A stretch of DNA of 64,000 bases from an uncultured delta proteobacterium (GTDB lineage Bacteria; Desulfobacterota; BSN033; UBA1163): positions 512,001 through 576,000 of the forward strand of contig CAWHBU010000004.1 of assembly GCA_963827685.1 (NCBI GenBank), in the 5' to 3' direction. Every line of letters begins with the position of its first letter. Position 1 is the stretch's first letter. A program made the position numbers and the translations under genes. A model generated the notes under the pieces. That model worked only from the letters and a program-made list of their open reading frames with translations. It had not been told where the DNA came from and ran no database searches. Shown here piece by piece: positions 1 through 10,327 of the stretch.

Positions 1-17
1 CTCTAAGATCACATCCA

Positions 18-80
18 CTCTGCGGCTCCTTTAGCTGCATATAGGTTGAGCCCCGTTGGAGGGGTAATGAGATCTATCTC
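18..80 (-). pseudogene. Remnant of TRAP transporter large permease (DctM-like)
   Basis: Minus strand reads EIDLITPPTGLNLYAAKG, resembling the DctM motif EIGxITPPVGLNL; surrounded by stop codons. Confidence 0.4.
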
Positions 81-366
81 ACACGATAATCAATAATTAT
101 ATTTGGCTACTATAAATGAGAAGATCTCAATCAGTTGCCAGAAATCTGCTCCGACAACTTCTTCAAAAATCCCACGATCTTAACGGCCACAGAAGATAAT
201 ATCCTCCAGTTCGCCACGCAAACCCTTCAAAGCAAAACCTAGTATTCATAAAGAGAAGAAACATATAGTGCCCATTCAGCAGAAACTATCTAAATTCACC
301 TAAGAATTTTCAATCAATTCCTGATTATGAAAAAAGTGTTTTCAGTTTTTGAAGAGAAAAACATAC

Positions 367-410
367 TTTAAGGCATCCCGGAAGCTACTAGGAACCCGGG
401 ATGCCTTAAA
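367..410. terminator. Inverted-repeat terminator downstream of the ABC operon
   Basis: tttaaggcatcccgg ... ccgggatgccttaaa 15-bp perfect stem with A/T tails on both sides. Confidence 0.75.
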
Positions 411-447
411 AACATTGATTAACATCTAATCATTTTCCCATACCCGT

Positions 448-1665
448 TTATTTCATCTTGCATCCTGTTTCCTCACAGGGTACTTCTACAGACTTTGCGG
501 TAGTCATGCCAGCAGGTGCTTCGAAAGCATGGTTGAAATATTTTGTCTTTTTAACAATTTCAGTATACCATAACGGGACCTGTGCCTGGTGATCACAAGC
601 ACGCATCGTCCAAACACCAGCTGGACCGTCATAGGAAAGGCCTTCCCATGCTTTGATGACAGCCGCTACATCCATTGTTCCGGCTTTTTTGACCGCCTCA
701 GCCCAGAACATCGTAGATAAATAAGCTTTTCCACGCAGCCATGTCGGATAGTATCCCTTCTCTTTAAAGAACTTAGCTACGAATTCCTCATTCTTTTTCG
801 TGGGAATGGAAAGAGTGTAAACTTCGGCACCCATGTTGCCAATCATAATTTCGTCGTCGCCCAGTGCCTGAATTGTGAATTCATCATTGATATAGTAAGA
901 GAACACTATCTGTTTCATCCCCATGGGACGCCCCTGTTTTAGGAGTATGGTCAAGTCATTGCCCCAGTTCGGCGTGAAGATAGCATCCGGTGTTGCCGCA
1001 ATGATCTGACTGATATAGGGGGCGTAATCCTTTGTTCCGGCAGGATGGTAAAGCTCGGCCACGATTTTCGCGGAAGGGTTGACTTGGGCAAATTTCTTTT
1101 TAAATGCTGACAACGCCTCGTACCCAAAGGAATAATCCTGGGCGATGATAGCGACCTTCTTGTAGCCTTTCCTCGCTATCAGCTCGGCCAACGCATAGGA
1201 ATGCTGGTCAGTATTGGCGCATGTTCGGAAGAAGTTTTTGCTACACTTTGCGCCGGTCATACTCGCGGCCGCCATTCCATAGCTAATCATGATTACATTC
1301 TGTTTTTCTGCAAGCTGTTCCATAGCAGCGCCAACAGAACTTCCCGTACCGCCGCAGAAAAACTTTACGCCATCTTTCAAAATCAGGTTTTGAGCTTTAC
1401 GAGTTGCCACATCCGGTTTCAATTCAGAATCGATCGGGATAACTTCGACTTTGTTGCCGAGCAGTCCTCCTTTTTCATTAATAACTTTTGCCCCATAGAC
1501 CACGCCATCCAGATAACGGTCGCCGATATCTTTGAAAGTTCCCGAGAGAGGCTCCGTCGCTCCGATTTTAATGGTGTCCTTAGCTGGTGCATAATCGGGC
1601 AGCACCACCATCAAGGCCAAAAATAATACACCTAAACCTAAACCAAACACAAAAATTTTTTTCAT
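448..1665 (-). CDS. livK: Branched-chain amino-acid ABC transporter substrate-binding protein
   Basis: ATG 1665 with AGGAGG RBS; signal peptide; IKIG..PLSG and DYAPYI motifs of Peripla_BP_6; last gene of liv operon. Confidence 0.9.
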   Translation of the reverse strand: MKKIFVFGLGLGVLFLALMVVLPDYAPAKDTIKIGATEPLSGTFKDIGDRYLDGVVYGAKVINEKGGLLGNKVEVIPIDSELKPDVATRKAQNLILKDGVKFFCGGTGSSVGAAMEQLAEKQNVIMISYGMAAASMTGAKCSKNFFRTCANTDQHSYALAELIARKGYKKVAIIAQDYSFGYEALSAFKKKFAQVNPSAKIVAELYHPAGTKDYAPYISQIIAATPDAIFTPNWGNDLTILLKQGRPMGMKQIVFSYYINDEFTIQALGDDEIMIGNMGAEVYTLSIPTKKNEEFVAKFFKEKGYYPTWLRGKAYLSTMFWAEAVKKAGTMDVAAVIKAWEGLSYDGPAGVWTMRACDHQAQVPLWYTEIVKKTKYFNHAFEAPAGMTTAKSVEVPCEETGCKMK

Positions 1666-1699
1666 AAATGCCTCCTTTCTTCTTTTGTTAGTTAAATTT

Positions 1700-2416
1700 T
1701 TAAACCTCCAAGTAATTCTTCCGCGCATCTTCTGCTGCCAGGAGAGCTTCTGGATCCCCTGCAAAAACCATTTGCCCCTTGCTCATGATATAAAAACGAT
1801 CTGCAATTTTGATGGCCGCCTTGAAATTTTGTTCCACCATAAGGACGGTTATACCTGATTTTCGAACTGCTACCAGCATATCCAACACGTCTTTTACCAA
1901 TAAAGGAGCAAGGCCTTCCGTCGGTTCGTCTACAAGAATAAGGCGAGGATTTCCCATCAGTGTTCTTACTACAGTTAGTATCTGTTGCTCTCCACCTGAA
2001 AGATGACCACCCTTGCTGTTTGCTCTTTCCTTAAGACTGGGAAAAAGATCATAAACCCTGTCGATTGTCCAAGCCCACTCTCCTAAATTCTCCTTATTCT
2101 TTTGTCTGATTCCTATCAGAAGATTTTCATGTACTGTAAGGCTTCGAAAAATGCGCCGTTCTTCGGGAACATAGCCAACACCAAGATTGGCAATTTCAAA
2201 GGGCTCTCTGCCGATTAATTCCTGACCGTGGAATCGAATGCTACCTTGTTTCGGCTGGACAACACCAATGATACTTTTTAACGTAGTCGATTTGCCAACG
2301 CCATTTCTTCCAAGAAGACAGACCAACTCTCCCTCTTTTAAACACAAAGAAACACCCTGGAGAATATGACTCTTTCCATAATAACTATGAATATCATTTA
2401 CTTCTAACATGGTCAT
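1700..2416 (-). CDS. livF: Branched-chain amino-acid ABC transporter ATP-binding protein
   Basis: Walker A GRNGVGKST, LSGGEQQ signature, DEPTEGLAP. Confidence 0.95.
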   Translation of the reverse strand: MTMLEVNDIHSYYGKSHILQGVSLCLKEGELVCLLGRNGVGKSTTLKSIIGVVQPKQGSIRFHGQELIGREPFEIANLGVGYVPEERRIFRSLTVHENLLIGIRQKNKENLGEWAWTIDRVYDLFPSLKERANSKGGHLSGGEQQILTVVRTLMGNPRLILVDEPTEGLAPLLVKDVLDMLVAVRKSGITVLMVEQNFKAAIKIADRFYIMSKGQMVFAGDPEALLAAEDARKNYLEV

Positions 2417-3156
2417 CCTTCCCCTAGATAAGCGTCTTTTACACTCTGATCAAGCCTGATTTTCTCGGGTATGTCAGACATAAGGATGGTACCATAATGA
2501 AGAACGGAAATAGTATTGGCAAGTGAAAATACCACTTCCATATCATGCTCGATAATAATCAGCGTGCGACCGGCCGTCACTTTATCAATCATCTTGATTG
2601 CCTTATCTGTTTCCTCGCGCGTCATACCAGCGGTAGGTTCATCAAGAAGAATCAATTCTGGTTCAGTGGAAAGGGTCATGCCGATTTCCAAGGCTCTTTG
2701 CTGTCCGTAAGACAAGGAACTGGCTGCTTGGTCCTTGACACTCATCAGACCAACTTCAGCAACAATTTCTTCTGTTTTTTCAATTATGTCCCGATCAGAA
2801 GCAGGCTTTTTAAAAAAATGATACCGCAGACCAAGCCGGGAACGCGTTCCGGAGAGGATGTTTTCAAATACACTCAATTCTTGGAAAACATTCGTGATTT
2901 GGAAGGATCGGGAGATGCCATATCGGTTCAAGACGTGAGGGGGTTTCCCAGTTATATCCTGTCCCTTGAAAAGAATAGCCCCGGAAGATGGTTTGAATTT
3001 ACCGCTGATAATATTGAAAAGAGTTGTCTTTCCTGCTCCGTTGGGACCGATGATGGCATGATGTTCTTTCTCTTTGGCACTGAAGTCAACACCTGTCAGA
3101 ATCTCTAAGCCCGAAAAGTCCTTGTAAATATCCTGGACATGCAGGTAATCGCTCAT
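2413..3156 (-). CDS. livG: Branched-chain amino-acid ABC transporter ATP-binding protein
   Basis: GPNGAGKTT, SRSFQ, LSYGQQR, DEPTAG, C-terminal AYLG. Confidence 0.95.
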   Translation of the reverse strand: MSDYLHVQDIYKDFSGLEILTGVDFSAKEKEHHAIIGPNGAGKTTLFNIISGKFKPSSGAILFKGQDITGKPPHVLNRYGISRSFQITNVFQELSVFENILSGTRSRLGLRYHFFKKPASDRDIIEKTEEIVAEVGLMSVKDQAASSLSYGQQRALEIGMTLSTEPELILLDEPTAGMTREETDKAIKMIDKVTAGRTLIIIEHDMEVVFSLANTISVLHYGTILMSDIPEKIRLDQSVKDAYLGEG

Positions 3157-4154
3157 GATATTAATCCCTCTGCCGCGGCGGATCTGGCGCCATTATTGTT
3201 CTTTTTCCCAAAAAACCGCTGCCGCATATTCGTAATGACCTCGGACAAGCCGCCAGGGATGAACAGCACCATGAGGACAAAGATGAATCCCATGAAGAGC
3301 GGCCAGCGATCCGTAATATTACTCAGATAGTTCTGGAGAATAATATAGACAAAGGCGCCCAGGATAGGCCCCCAGAATGTTTTCGTTCCTCCGACAAAGG
3401 TCATAAGTAGTACCGCTGTTGTCATATCGATACTGATCGCCGAAACGGAAACAAACTGGAAATGGAGCGTATAAAAGCTGCCGGCAAGTCCCGCCACCGC
3501 TCCGGTAAAAGTAAAAAGAATAAGGCGGCTGATGTTTGTGTTGTAACCAAGGAATTTCATCCGTTCCTCGTTTTCGCGCATAAGCAGAACAGTTCTGCCC
3601 ATAGCTGTATGCGTAAAATACCAGCAAAAAGTGATCGAAGCTCCGACAATAATCAGAGTTAAGTAATAAAAGTGCGTCAGGCTGCCCATGGAAATGGAAG
3701 TAAACCACAGATTGAGATCCGGTCTCGTAATGCTGAGGCCGTCGTCACCGCCAGTGACGGAATGCCATTTTGTAGCCAAGGCATAAAAAAGTGCATTGAA
3801 GGCCAGCGTCAGCAGGGCAAAATATGCTCCCTTGTGCCGCAGAAGAAGACTGCCGATGATAAAACCTGAGATAATGGTTGTTACGATTCCTATCAATATA
3901 GCATTCCACAGGGCTAGTCCCGGAATATGAATAATCGCCACGGCTGTTATGAAGGCGCCAAGACCGAAAAACATGGCATGACCGAAGGACAGAAGCCCCG
4001 CGTAACCGAGAAGAAGATTATAGCTGATAGCATAAAGAGAGAAGATGATAATTTCTGTCAACATGTTCAGATAATATTGTTTCATGATAGCAGGCATAAA
4101 AGCTCCTGCCGCGAATAATGCTATAATGATGAAAGAAGTACTTTTCTGTTTCAT
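3153..4154 (-). CDS. livM: Branched-chain amino-acid ABC transporter permease
   Basis: GYAGLLSFGHAMFFG, TGGDDG, RENE motifs; many TM segments. Confidence 0.93.
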   Translation of the reverse strand: MKQKSTSFIIIALFAAGAFMPAIMKQYYLNMLTEIIIFSLYAISYNLLLGYAGLLSFGHAMFFGLGAFITAVAIIHIPGLALWNAILIGIVTTIISGFIIGSLLLRHKGAYFALLTLAFNALFYALATKWHSVTGGDDGLSITRPDLNLWFTSISMGSLTHFYYLTLIIVGASITFCWYFTHTAMGRTVLLMRENEERMKFLGYNTNISRLILFTFTGAVAGLAGSFYTLHFQFVSVSAISIDMTTAVLLMTFVGGTKTFWGPILGAFVYIILQNYLSNITDRWPLFMGFIFVLMVLFIPGGLSEVITNMRQRFFGKKNNNGARSAAAEGLIS

Positions 4155-5017
4155 TATTGTTCCTCACCAAATAACCCAGAAGGCTTGGTGATCAAAACAA
4201 CAGCCATGAGCAGATAAACAAGCGCAATCGACAATTTAGGGAAAAGAAGGACTCCAAAAGATTGGAGTTCGCCGATGAGAAATGAGGCAACAACGGCGCC
4301 ACCAAGGCTTCCGAAACCACCAACAACGATGACCACAAAGGCATCGATCAAAATTTCTTGGGCCATGCCGGGAAAGGTGGAAAGAAGAGGTCCTGCAATG
4401 ACGCCGGCAAACCCCGAAAGCGCCGCACCGAAGGCGAATACACCCATAAACACGAAAGGCACGTTTACCCCCAGGATATTGGTCATTTCGCTGTCGTTCA
4501 CAGATGCCCTAAGAATGATCCCCAGTCGAGTCTTATAGAGAATAAAGGCCATGACCGTCCCGACAAAAATAGCGCAAAGAAAGATGAATATACGGTATAC
4601 AGGATAAGTTATTCCGAAAATCGGAATGGTGGAGCCAAGAAACCCACCGATGTTGACGGCTAAGGGGTAATTCCCCCAGTTCCATTTTACGAGCTCCGTG
4701 ATGATATACGCCAGCCCAAAGGTCAGTAGAAGCTCCTGAACATGGCCGTATGCATGGACACGCCGAAGTAGAAAACGCTCAATCAAAGCACCGATGATAA
4801 ATAGAATTACAGGACAGACCATTAGGGATAACCAAAATTGTCCCGTAAAATGTAACATGATCGAATAGGAAAAATAGGCACCCAACATATACATGGCTGC
4901 ATGGGCGAAGTTCAAAACGTTCATCATGCCGAAGACCAGCGTGAGACCTGCAGAAACGAGAAAAAGAAGTCCAGCATAGGCCAACCCGTGGAGAAAAAAA
5001 ATGGGAATTTCGCTCAT
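4154..5017 (-). CDS. livH: Branched-chain amino-acid ABC transporter permease
   Basis: GLTLVFGMMNVLNFAH, VVGGFGS, KPSGLFG motifs. Confidence 0.93.
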   Translation of the reverse strand: MSEIPIFFLHGLAYAGLLFLVSAGLTLVFGMMNVLNFAHAAMYMLGAYFSYSIMLHFTGQFWLSLMVCPVILFIIGALIERFLLRRVHAYGHVQELLLTFGLAYIITELVKWNWGNYPLAVNIGGFLGSTIPIFGITYPVYRIFIFLCAIFVGTVMAFILYKTRLGIILRASVNDSEMTNILGVNVPFVFMGVFAFGAALSGFAGVIAGPLLSTFPGMAQEILIDAFVVIVVGGFGSLGGAVVASFLIGELQSFGVLLFPKLSIALVYLLMAVVLITKPSGLFGEEQ

Positions 5018-5069
5018 TTGTTTATCCCTTGATATTGAGAGGTCTATATTCCCCTTTAGGTGTTATTTT

Positions 5070-6029
5070 TCAATTGCCTTTGACATCCCCGAGAATCTCG
5101 TTGATGATCCGAAGAAGTACTGAGTCTCGTTGCTGGATCACCTGTTTAATTTTCTCCGGCGTCCAGTTGTAAAAACCCTGCCCGGCTATGACTCCTGTTG
5201 CACCTTCGGCAACGAGGGTATCCAGAACTGGTGAAGGTTTTGGGGAAGATTCCAGGTGAGGAAAGAGATATTTTTCAATATCCCGCGTCAGTGCCAATCC
5301 AGCCAGATCAGCCGTTTCCAAAGGTCCGATAAAAGGCATGCGTATACCAAAGCCATATTTCACTACCTTGTCTATATCCTCGGCACTGGCGATTTTTTTT
5401 TCCCTCAAAGATATAGCTTCCCTCCACATGGCATGCTGGAGACGGTTGCCGAGAAATCCAGGAACGTCCTTGAGAACCCGGACGGGCACCTTCCCAACTT
5501 TTTCCATGAGCATATAGACTGTCTCGAAAACTTCTTCCGATGTAGATGCCCCCATAATAACTTCAACACAGGGGATGATATGGGGAGGATTCCAGAAATG
5601 GGTTCCAAGAAAGCGTGTTTTGTGCTCAAGTGCTGCGCTGATATCGGTGATACTTAAGGCAGAGGTGTTACTAGTTAAAATGGTGTCTGATGTCGTATAT
5701 TTTTCGATTGCAGAATATATGCTTTTTTTCACAGCCATGTCTTCCGAAATTGCCTCAATGATGATCTGTGGACCCTTGCACAATGTTTGTAAGTCGATAG
5801 AAACAGTGATCAGATCCAGGCATCTTTCCCTATCTTCGGAATTTGCAAGCTTTAGCTGGATTAAAATCTTGAAATTATCGGCAATTCTGTCTTTTGTATT
5901 GTCACGCATGGAGGGATTTGCATCAAAGATGCTTACCCGGTAGCCTGCTGAGGCAAAAACCTGAGCAATGCTATGACCCATGAGACCAGCCCCGAGAACG
6001 CCTATATGCTTTATTTCATTAATTGCCAT
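5070..6029 (-). CDS. 3-hydroxyacyl-CoA (3-hydroxybutyryl-CoA) dehydrogenase family protein
   Basis: ATG 6029 with GGAGG RBS; GAGLMG Rossmann motif, SNTS, HFWNPP, PGFLGNR, GPLETADLAG. Confidence 0.92.
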   Translation of the reverse strand: MAINEIKHIGVLGAGLMGHSIAQVFASAGYRVSIFDANPSMRDNTKDRIADNFKILIQLKLANSEDRERCLDLITVSIDLQTLCKGPQIIIEAISEDMAVKKSIYSAIEKYTTSDTILTSNTSALSITDISAALEHKTRFLGTHFWNPPHIIPCVEVIMGASTSEEVFETVYMLMEKVGKVPVRVLKDVPGFLGNRLQHAMWREAISLREKKIASAEDIDKVVKYGFGIRMPFIGPLETADLAGLALTRDIEKYLFPHLESSPKPSPVLDTLVAEGATGVIAGQGFYNWTPEKIKQVIQQRDSVLLRIINEILGDVKGN

Positions 6030-6045
6030 TATACTACAACCTCCC

Positions 6046-6633
6046 CTATCTAGCGTTACAAATGACCATGAGACACTTGACCTTTTTGTGTCCCACAGAC
6101 TCACCGAAATGTGGCAATCCGGAGTCAAAATAGACGCAGTCCCCTTCCTCGACAATGTGCTCCTGATTATTGTGATGGAATTTCATCGTTCCCTCTAAAA
6201 CATAAAGAATTTCTTGGCCTTCGTGTCGGTATATAGTCTGTTTTCTGGGATGAACCGGAAGCGTCAAGACAAACGGTTCCATCATTTTGTTGGGGAATTT
6301 ATATGCGATAGCCTCGTATGAATATCCAAAAACATTACCATATCTCGAAATGATAGGCCTTTCCCCTTTTTTGACAAGGGAAAGGGGAACTGAGGAACCA
6401 TCTTCTCCCAGAATAGAAGAAATAGTTACACCAAGGACACGGGCAATAATGCTTAGTGTGGAAACGGGAGGTGATTTCCCCAATCTTTCGACTTTGGATA
6501 AATAGCCTTTTGTAAATCCTGTCTGACTGGCGAGTTGCTCAAGGGTAATATTTCTTCTTATTCGGAAATGCTTGATTCGCTTTCCGATCTCCGTTTCGAT
6601 AATGGCTGGTTTGTGTTCACTTTCAGCGTACAT
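6046..6633 (-). CDS. XRE-family transcriptional regulator with cupin sensor domain
   Basis: N-terminal HTH (TLEQLA..TGFTKGYLSKVER); cupin HEGQE..YVLEG...FDSGLPH. Confidence 0.92.
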   Translation of the reverse strand: MYAESEHKPAIIETEIGKRIKHFRIRRNITLEQLASQTGFTKGYLSKVERLGKSPPVSTLSIIARVLGVTISSILGEDGSSVPLSLVKKGERPIISRYGNVFGYSYEAIAYKFPNKMMEPFVLTLPVHPRKQTIYRHEGQEILYVLEGTMKFHHNNQEHIVEEGDCVYFDSGLPHFGESVGHKKVKCLMVICNAR

Positions 6634-7190
6634 AAAAATACACCCCCAATAACAATTATCGTTTAAAATCTTGTAATACTAAGTATGTCAAAGCCCTGTT
6701 TTGGGACTATCATGAAACTATTTATTCTAATATGAAACTATTGTCAAGCCTTTTTTTAAAGAATTTTGCTTTTGACCACCTCGTAAGTGTAATATCGAAC
6801 ATTAAATTGATTTGACATTCTTACAGTTGTTTGATGTTTTGCAATAAGGGATGACCGGAAGGGCTGTTCTGGTTCAGCGCAAAAGGTAAAAGGGGACGAA
6901 AAGGTAAAAGTAAAAGGGTAAAAAAGGACGGTTCTATTTTATTGACATGGAAGATGAGGATTAATAGAATTGGGAAAGAGGGCTTGGGGGTCAAAGCTAC
7001 ATTATACACTTTGCTTGATACAGAACAAGAAGGCACTGGGCTTAAAAATAAGGGGACGGGACACGGGGACGTAATTGAAAATTGACACTTTTCCCTCTGC
7101 TTACCTAAAGGGCTCTGCGGCCAGGTCTTGCAATCACACATTTGATAAAACAAGAAACGGGGTCATCCATAAGAAAGTTGGCCGTTCCAA

Positions 7191-7228
7191 TTGCGGATTT
7201 CGGAATGCGGATTGCCGAATGCAAATTG
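7191..7228 (+). repeat. Heptamer tandem repeat (TGCGGAW/TTCGGAW)
   Basis: ttgcgga tttcgga atgcgga ttgccga atgcaaa; similar tracts at ~7652, 8581, 9147, 9233, 10017, 11610-11720, 24073, 41978. Confidence 0.85.
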
Positions 7229-7315
7229 TAAACACGAATTCCAGAGTCGTTGGATCATTTGGGATATTCCATAAGTAAGTCCTGACAGAACTCCGAAGAC
7301 AACTTAGAAATCGAG

Positions 7316-7603
7316 ATGTCAACCTTGAGGAAGAAGATTGCCGAAGCCTTGGAAGGAGAATCTCTTGATTTGCGGGAGATTTCGCAATTGTTCGGGATCA
7401 AAGAAAGAGATGCCCTCGATCATCTCATGCATATTGAAAGGTCTATCCATCCGAGACGCCTTACTGAGGAACCGGCCTTTTGCCAACAATGCGGTTTCTC
7501 TTTCAAGAAACGGACTCGCCTGAGTACTCCAAGCCGCTGCCCCGTTTGTAAGAGTGAGCATATTTCCCCACCAAGATTTAAGATCAACCCTCCAGGAAGT
7601 TGA
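7316..7603 (+). CDS. Predicted transcriptional regulator, HTH fused to Zn ribbon (COG3357-like)
   Basis: N-terminal HTH; CxxCGF...PSRCPxCKSE Zn ribbon. Confidence 0.85.
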   Translation: MSTLRKKIAEALEGESLDLREISQLFGIKERDALDHLMHIERSIHPRRLTEEPAFCQQCGFSFKKRTRLSTPSRCPVCKSEHISPPRFKINPPGS

Positions 7604-7831
7604 ACGGCTCCGGTGTCACCGGTGCAGCCCTGAAAAAGTTGGCCGTTTCAAATGCAGAATGCGGATTGCGGAATGCGGAATCTCAAACCAAGAACTGCCT
7701 GGAGCATAACCTCGTAGGTAATTAGGCAACGGGCCATTAAGGGCAACCCCTGACTGCTTTTTTCAGTCAAGTTCTTTCGATTATCCTGACTAAGTTTCCA
7801 AGTTAGCTTTTTAAGCCAGGTTAAATTCCCC

Positions 7832-7862
7832 TTGACATGAGTTAACATCAAGGTTAACATCA
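7832..7862 (+). promoter_or_regulatory. Sigma70 promoter with operator repeat for the higBA-like operon
   Basis: TTGACA (7832)-17 bp-TAACAT (7855); GTTAACATCA occurs twice (7841, 7853); GTG start 7 nt after -10 suggests a leaderless mRNA. Confidence 0.65.
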
Positions 7863-7866
7863 CTTT

Positions 7867-8214
7867 GTGGACAGAACAGTCATCTTCTATAAGACTGTTG
7901 ATGGCAAGTGTCCCGTACAAGAATTTCTCGATTCTTTGCCCGGGACGGTTGCTCAAAAGATAGTCTGGGTTCTCAGGTTATTGGAGGATATGGATATTCT
8001 GCCGGTTTTGTATTTCAAGAAGCTTTCCGGAACGGCGGATATCTAGGAGTGCAGAATTCAATTTGGCTCAAATGCCTATCGCATCTTTTGTTTCTTTTTA
8101 AATAATTCGATTGTGCTAACCCATGGATTTGTTAAAAAAAGTCAAAAGACTCCTGCCCGTGAAATAGAGAGGGCAGAGGCTTATCGAAGAGATTTCTTTA
8201 AAAGGAGGGTATAA
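7867..8214 (+). pseudogene. higB: RelE/ParE (Gp49/HigB-like) toxin interrupted by an in-frame TAG
   Basis: Full-length frame MDRTVIFYKT..CPVQEFLDSL...DI*ECRIQ...YRIFCF...LTHGFVKKSQKTP..EIERA; TAG at 8044-8046 where the family has Trp (IWE.R); abuts antitoxin ATG. Confidence 0.85.
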
Positions 8215-8490
8215 ATGAGTGACCTAACAAAATATATCAAGGAGAGGAAAAAGAGAGACAAAGCATTTTCCAAAGGGTTTGATGAAGGTTACGAGCAGTT
8301 CAAAATCGGGGTCGTGCTCCGTCAGGCTCGTGAAGAGGCGGGAATAACCCAGGAGGAGTTAGCTCGCCGTCTTAAGACCAGGAAGACTGCCATTTCAAGA
8401 ATTGAGAACCATGCAGAAGATATCAAGTTATCCACCTTAGAACGCGTTGCTGGAGCTTTAGGGAAACGCCTACAAATCAGTATTGCCTAA
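8215..8490 (+). CDS. higA: XRE-family antitoxin (HigA-like)
   Basis: HTH TQEELA...AISRIEN...LSTLERVA; directly follows toxin; AGGAGG RBS. Confidence 0.85.
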   Translation: MSDLTKYIKERKKRDKAFSKGFDEGYEQFKIGVVLRQAREEAGITQEELARRLKTRKTAISRIENHAEDIKLSTLERVAGALGKRLQISIA

Positions 8491-8706
8491 AAATAAGTTT
8501 GGCTACGGTGCCCCCCATAAAAAGGTCGAAGGCTCCATTGAAATAAAGATGGGGAGACGCGAAACGAAAGAAGGGGAAAAATGCGGATTTCGGATTGCGG
8601 AATGCGGAATTTATGCTGAGTGGCGAAGCACAATTTGGGGTGCTTGCATTTCCCAGTCAACTACAATAATGGGGATGGGTTCCCATTTCATGATAGGACA
8701 AAAGCG

Positions 8707-9072
8707 ATGAGCCTGATTGAAGAGATAAAGAAAGCTCTTAGCATGGAAATTAGATCGAACTCACAAGGATCGGAATATCTCGAAGCAGTGCTTGACAAGA
8801 AGGACCTTGCATTGCTTAATTCTTTATTGGAAAAACACATAGGCCTCGCCGCCAAGGAATCCAGAAAAGAAGCAAATCTGCCGAAAGAAATTGAGGAATT
8901 AGTTGATTCTTTGGGTGGTTTGCGGAAGGGGCAATCCTTTTTCTATAGGCAAGATGGTAATCGAGTGATATACGCTGCCATTTGGCCCTGGGAATCCAAT
9001 CCTAATAAGATAACATTAAAGTGTGGTGTAAGCGAGATCGGTCAGGGGTCAAAGCTTTTAGAACATCCATAA
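8707..9072 (+). CDS. Hypothetical protein
   Basis: ATG 8707 with AGGA RBS; protein-like composition; stop codon falls inside the module-delimiting repeat. Confidence 0.7.
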   Translation: MSLIEEIKKALSMEIRSNSQGSEYLEAVLDKKDLALLNSLLEKHIGLAAKESRKEANLPKEIEELVDSLGGLRKGQSFFYRQDGNRVIYAAIWPWESNPNKITLKCGVSEIGQGSKLLEHP

Positions 9073-9407
9073 AAAAGTTGGCCCTGCTCCAAATACACGC
9101 ATAGCGCATGGCAAAGATTTATACCAGGAGATGAGGGGATAGGGAAATTCGGGGTGCGGAATGCGGAGTGTGGATTGCGGAACATAAAAAGCAAGATAAG
9201 GAATAAGGAAATGGAGGGAATGAGGAGTGCCAAATGCGGAATGCTGACTGCGGAATGGGGAATTGAAAACACAAAGAGCAAACCGCAGAGAGTGAAGCGC
9301 ATAGCGCGAAGACCAGGCTGAAAGCTCAAAGCTCTCTATACCGCTGGGTCGGTTGAGCGAAATGGACATCGTATCCACAACTAAGTTGACATCAAAAATT
9401 CTGGAGG

Positions 9408-9944
9408 TTGATGATGAAGCATCACGTGAAGCGGTTGATCTTTGTTTTGGCCATCGTTCTGATAAACCAGGCTGCCCAGGCGGTTGAGATAGGCGAGGTT
9501 CCTCCAAAGGTAGAGTTAAAAGAAAAACTGGGAGGACGGCTGGATGGAAAACCTTGGAGCAGCGAAGAGTTACGGGGGAAGGTCCATGTCCTTTTTTACG
9601 TGGACCCTGATGAAAAAGATACGAACAACGATGCCAGCGAAGCTCTGCTCAGAGAGCAATTTTCCAGCGATAAGTTTCAATCGGTTGGGATCATTAACAT
9701 GGCAGCCACCTGGCTTCCCAATTTTATCATTTCTTCTGGCCTTAAAGATAAACAGAAGCGCTATCCGACAACCATTTATGTGCGGGATTACAAGAAAGTG
9801 CTGGTGAATACCTGGAAGATTGCCGACAACAGCAGTAATGTTCTCGCCTTTGACAAACAAGGGAAATTGATCTTCAGAAAAGACGGCAAGCTCACCGCGG
9901 AAGAGATCCAGACGCTCATCAAGGTCATCCGTAATCATTTGTAA
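9408..9944 (+). CDS. ytfJ: YtfJ-family periplasmic protein (thioredoxin-like fold)
   Basis: Signal peptide; WSSEELRGKVHVLFY, ..DKQGK..F.KDG.LT typical of YtfJ. Confidence 0.75.
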   Translation: MMMKHHVKRLIFVLAIVLINQAAQAVEIGEVPPKVELKEKLGGRLDGKPWSSEELRGKVHVLFYVDPDEKDTNNDASEALLREQFSSDKFQSVGIINMAATWLPNFIISSGLKDKQKRYPTTIYVRDYKKVLVNTWKIADNSSNVLAFDKQGKLIFRKDGKLTAEEIQTLIKVIRNHL

Positions 9945-10197
9945 TCTTTCTTCCGTCTCGGGTCTTCTGTGGATAGAATGAATTAGTGTCATCCATAAAA
10001 AAGTTGGGCCTATCAATTGCGGATTTCGGATTGCTGATTGCGAAATGTGGAATTTAAAAACTTCGAGAAGAAGTATCTTCCCATGTAGATCGCGGATTAG
10101 ACGCGAGTCGGATCGGTAGCCTCTTGATTTTGGTAAATCTTTGGGCCTGACTGGCTGGCTGTGTGCGCTCCCGAGCGCGCAACATGAAAAGATATCT

Positions 10198-10327
10198 ACC
10201 CCGTTAGAAATAATGCCCCGCTGTTTCGCAGTCGCGCCTGTGGCGGAATTACATTCTAGAATAATTCCGGAGGGATCTAATGCCCCGCTCGGCTTCGAGT
10301 CGTAACGACTGGAATTTCTAACGGGGT
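10198..10327. repeat. MITE/REP-like element with ACCCCGTTAGAAAT terminal inverted repeats
   Basis: accccgttagaaat ... atttctaacggggt; shorter copies at 30803-30864 and 52408-52448. Confidence 0.8.

Noticed and set aside
8044-8046. Pyrrolysine/readthrough recoding of the TAG in the toxin
   Set aside because: The position corresponds to a family Trp, one transition away; no pyl genes in the window; TAG is used as a normal stop elsewhere.
9042-9507. Minus-strand ORFs with IPHSAFRIP-like peptides (also 7134-7322, 7648-7956, 9570-10346)
   Set aside because: Translations of heptamer tandem repeats and MITEs, not real proteins.
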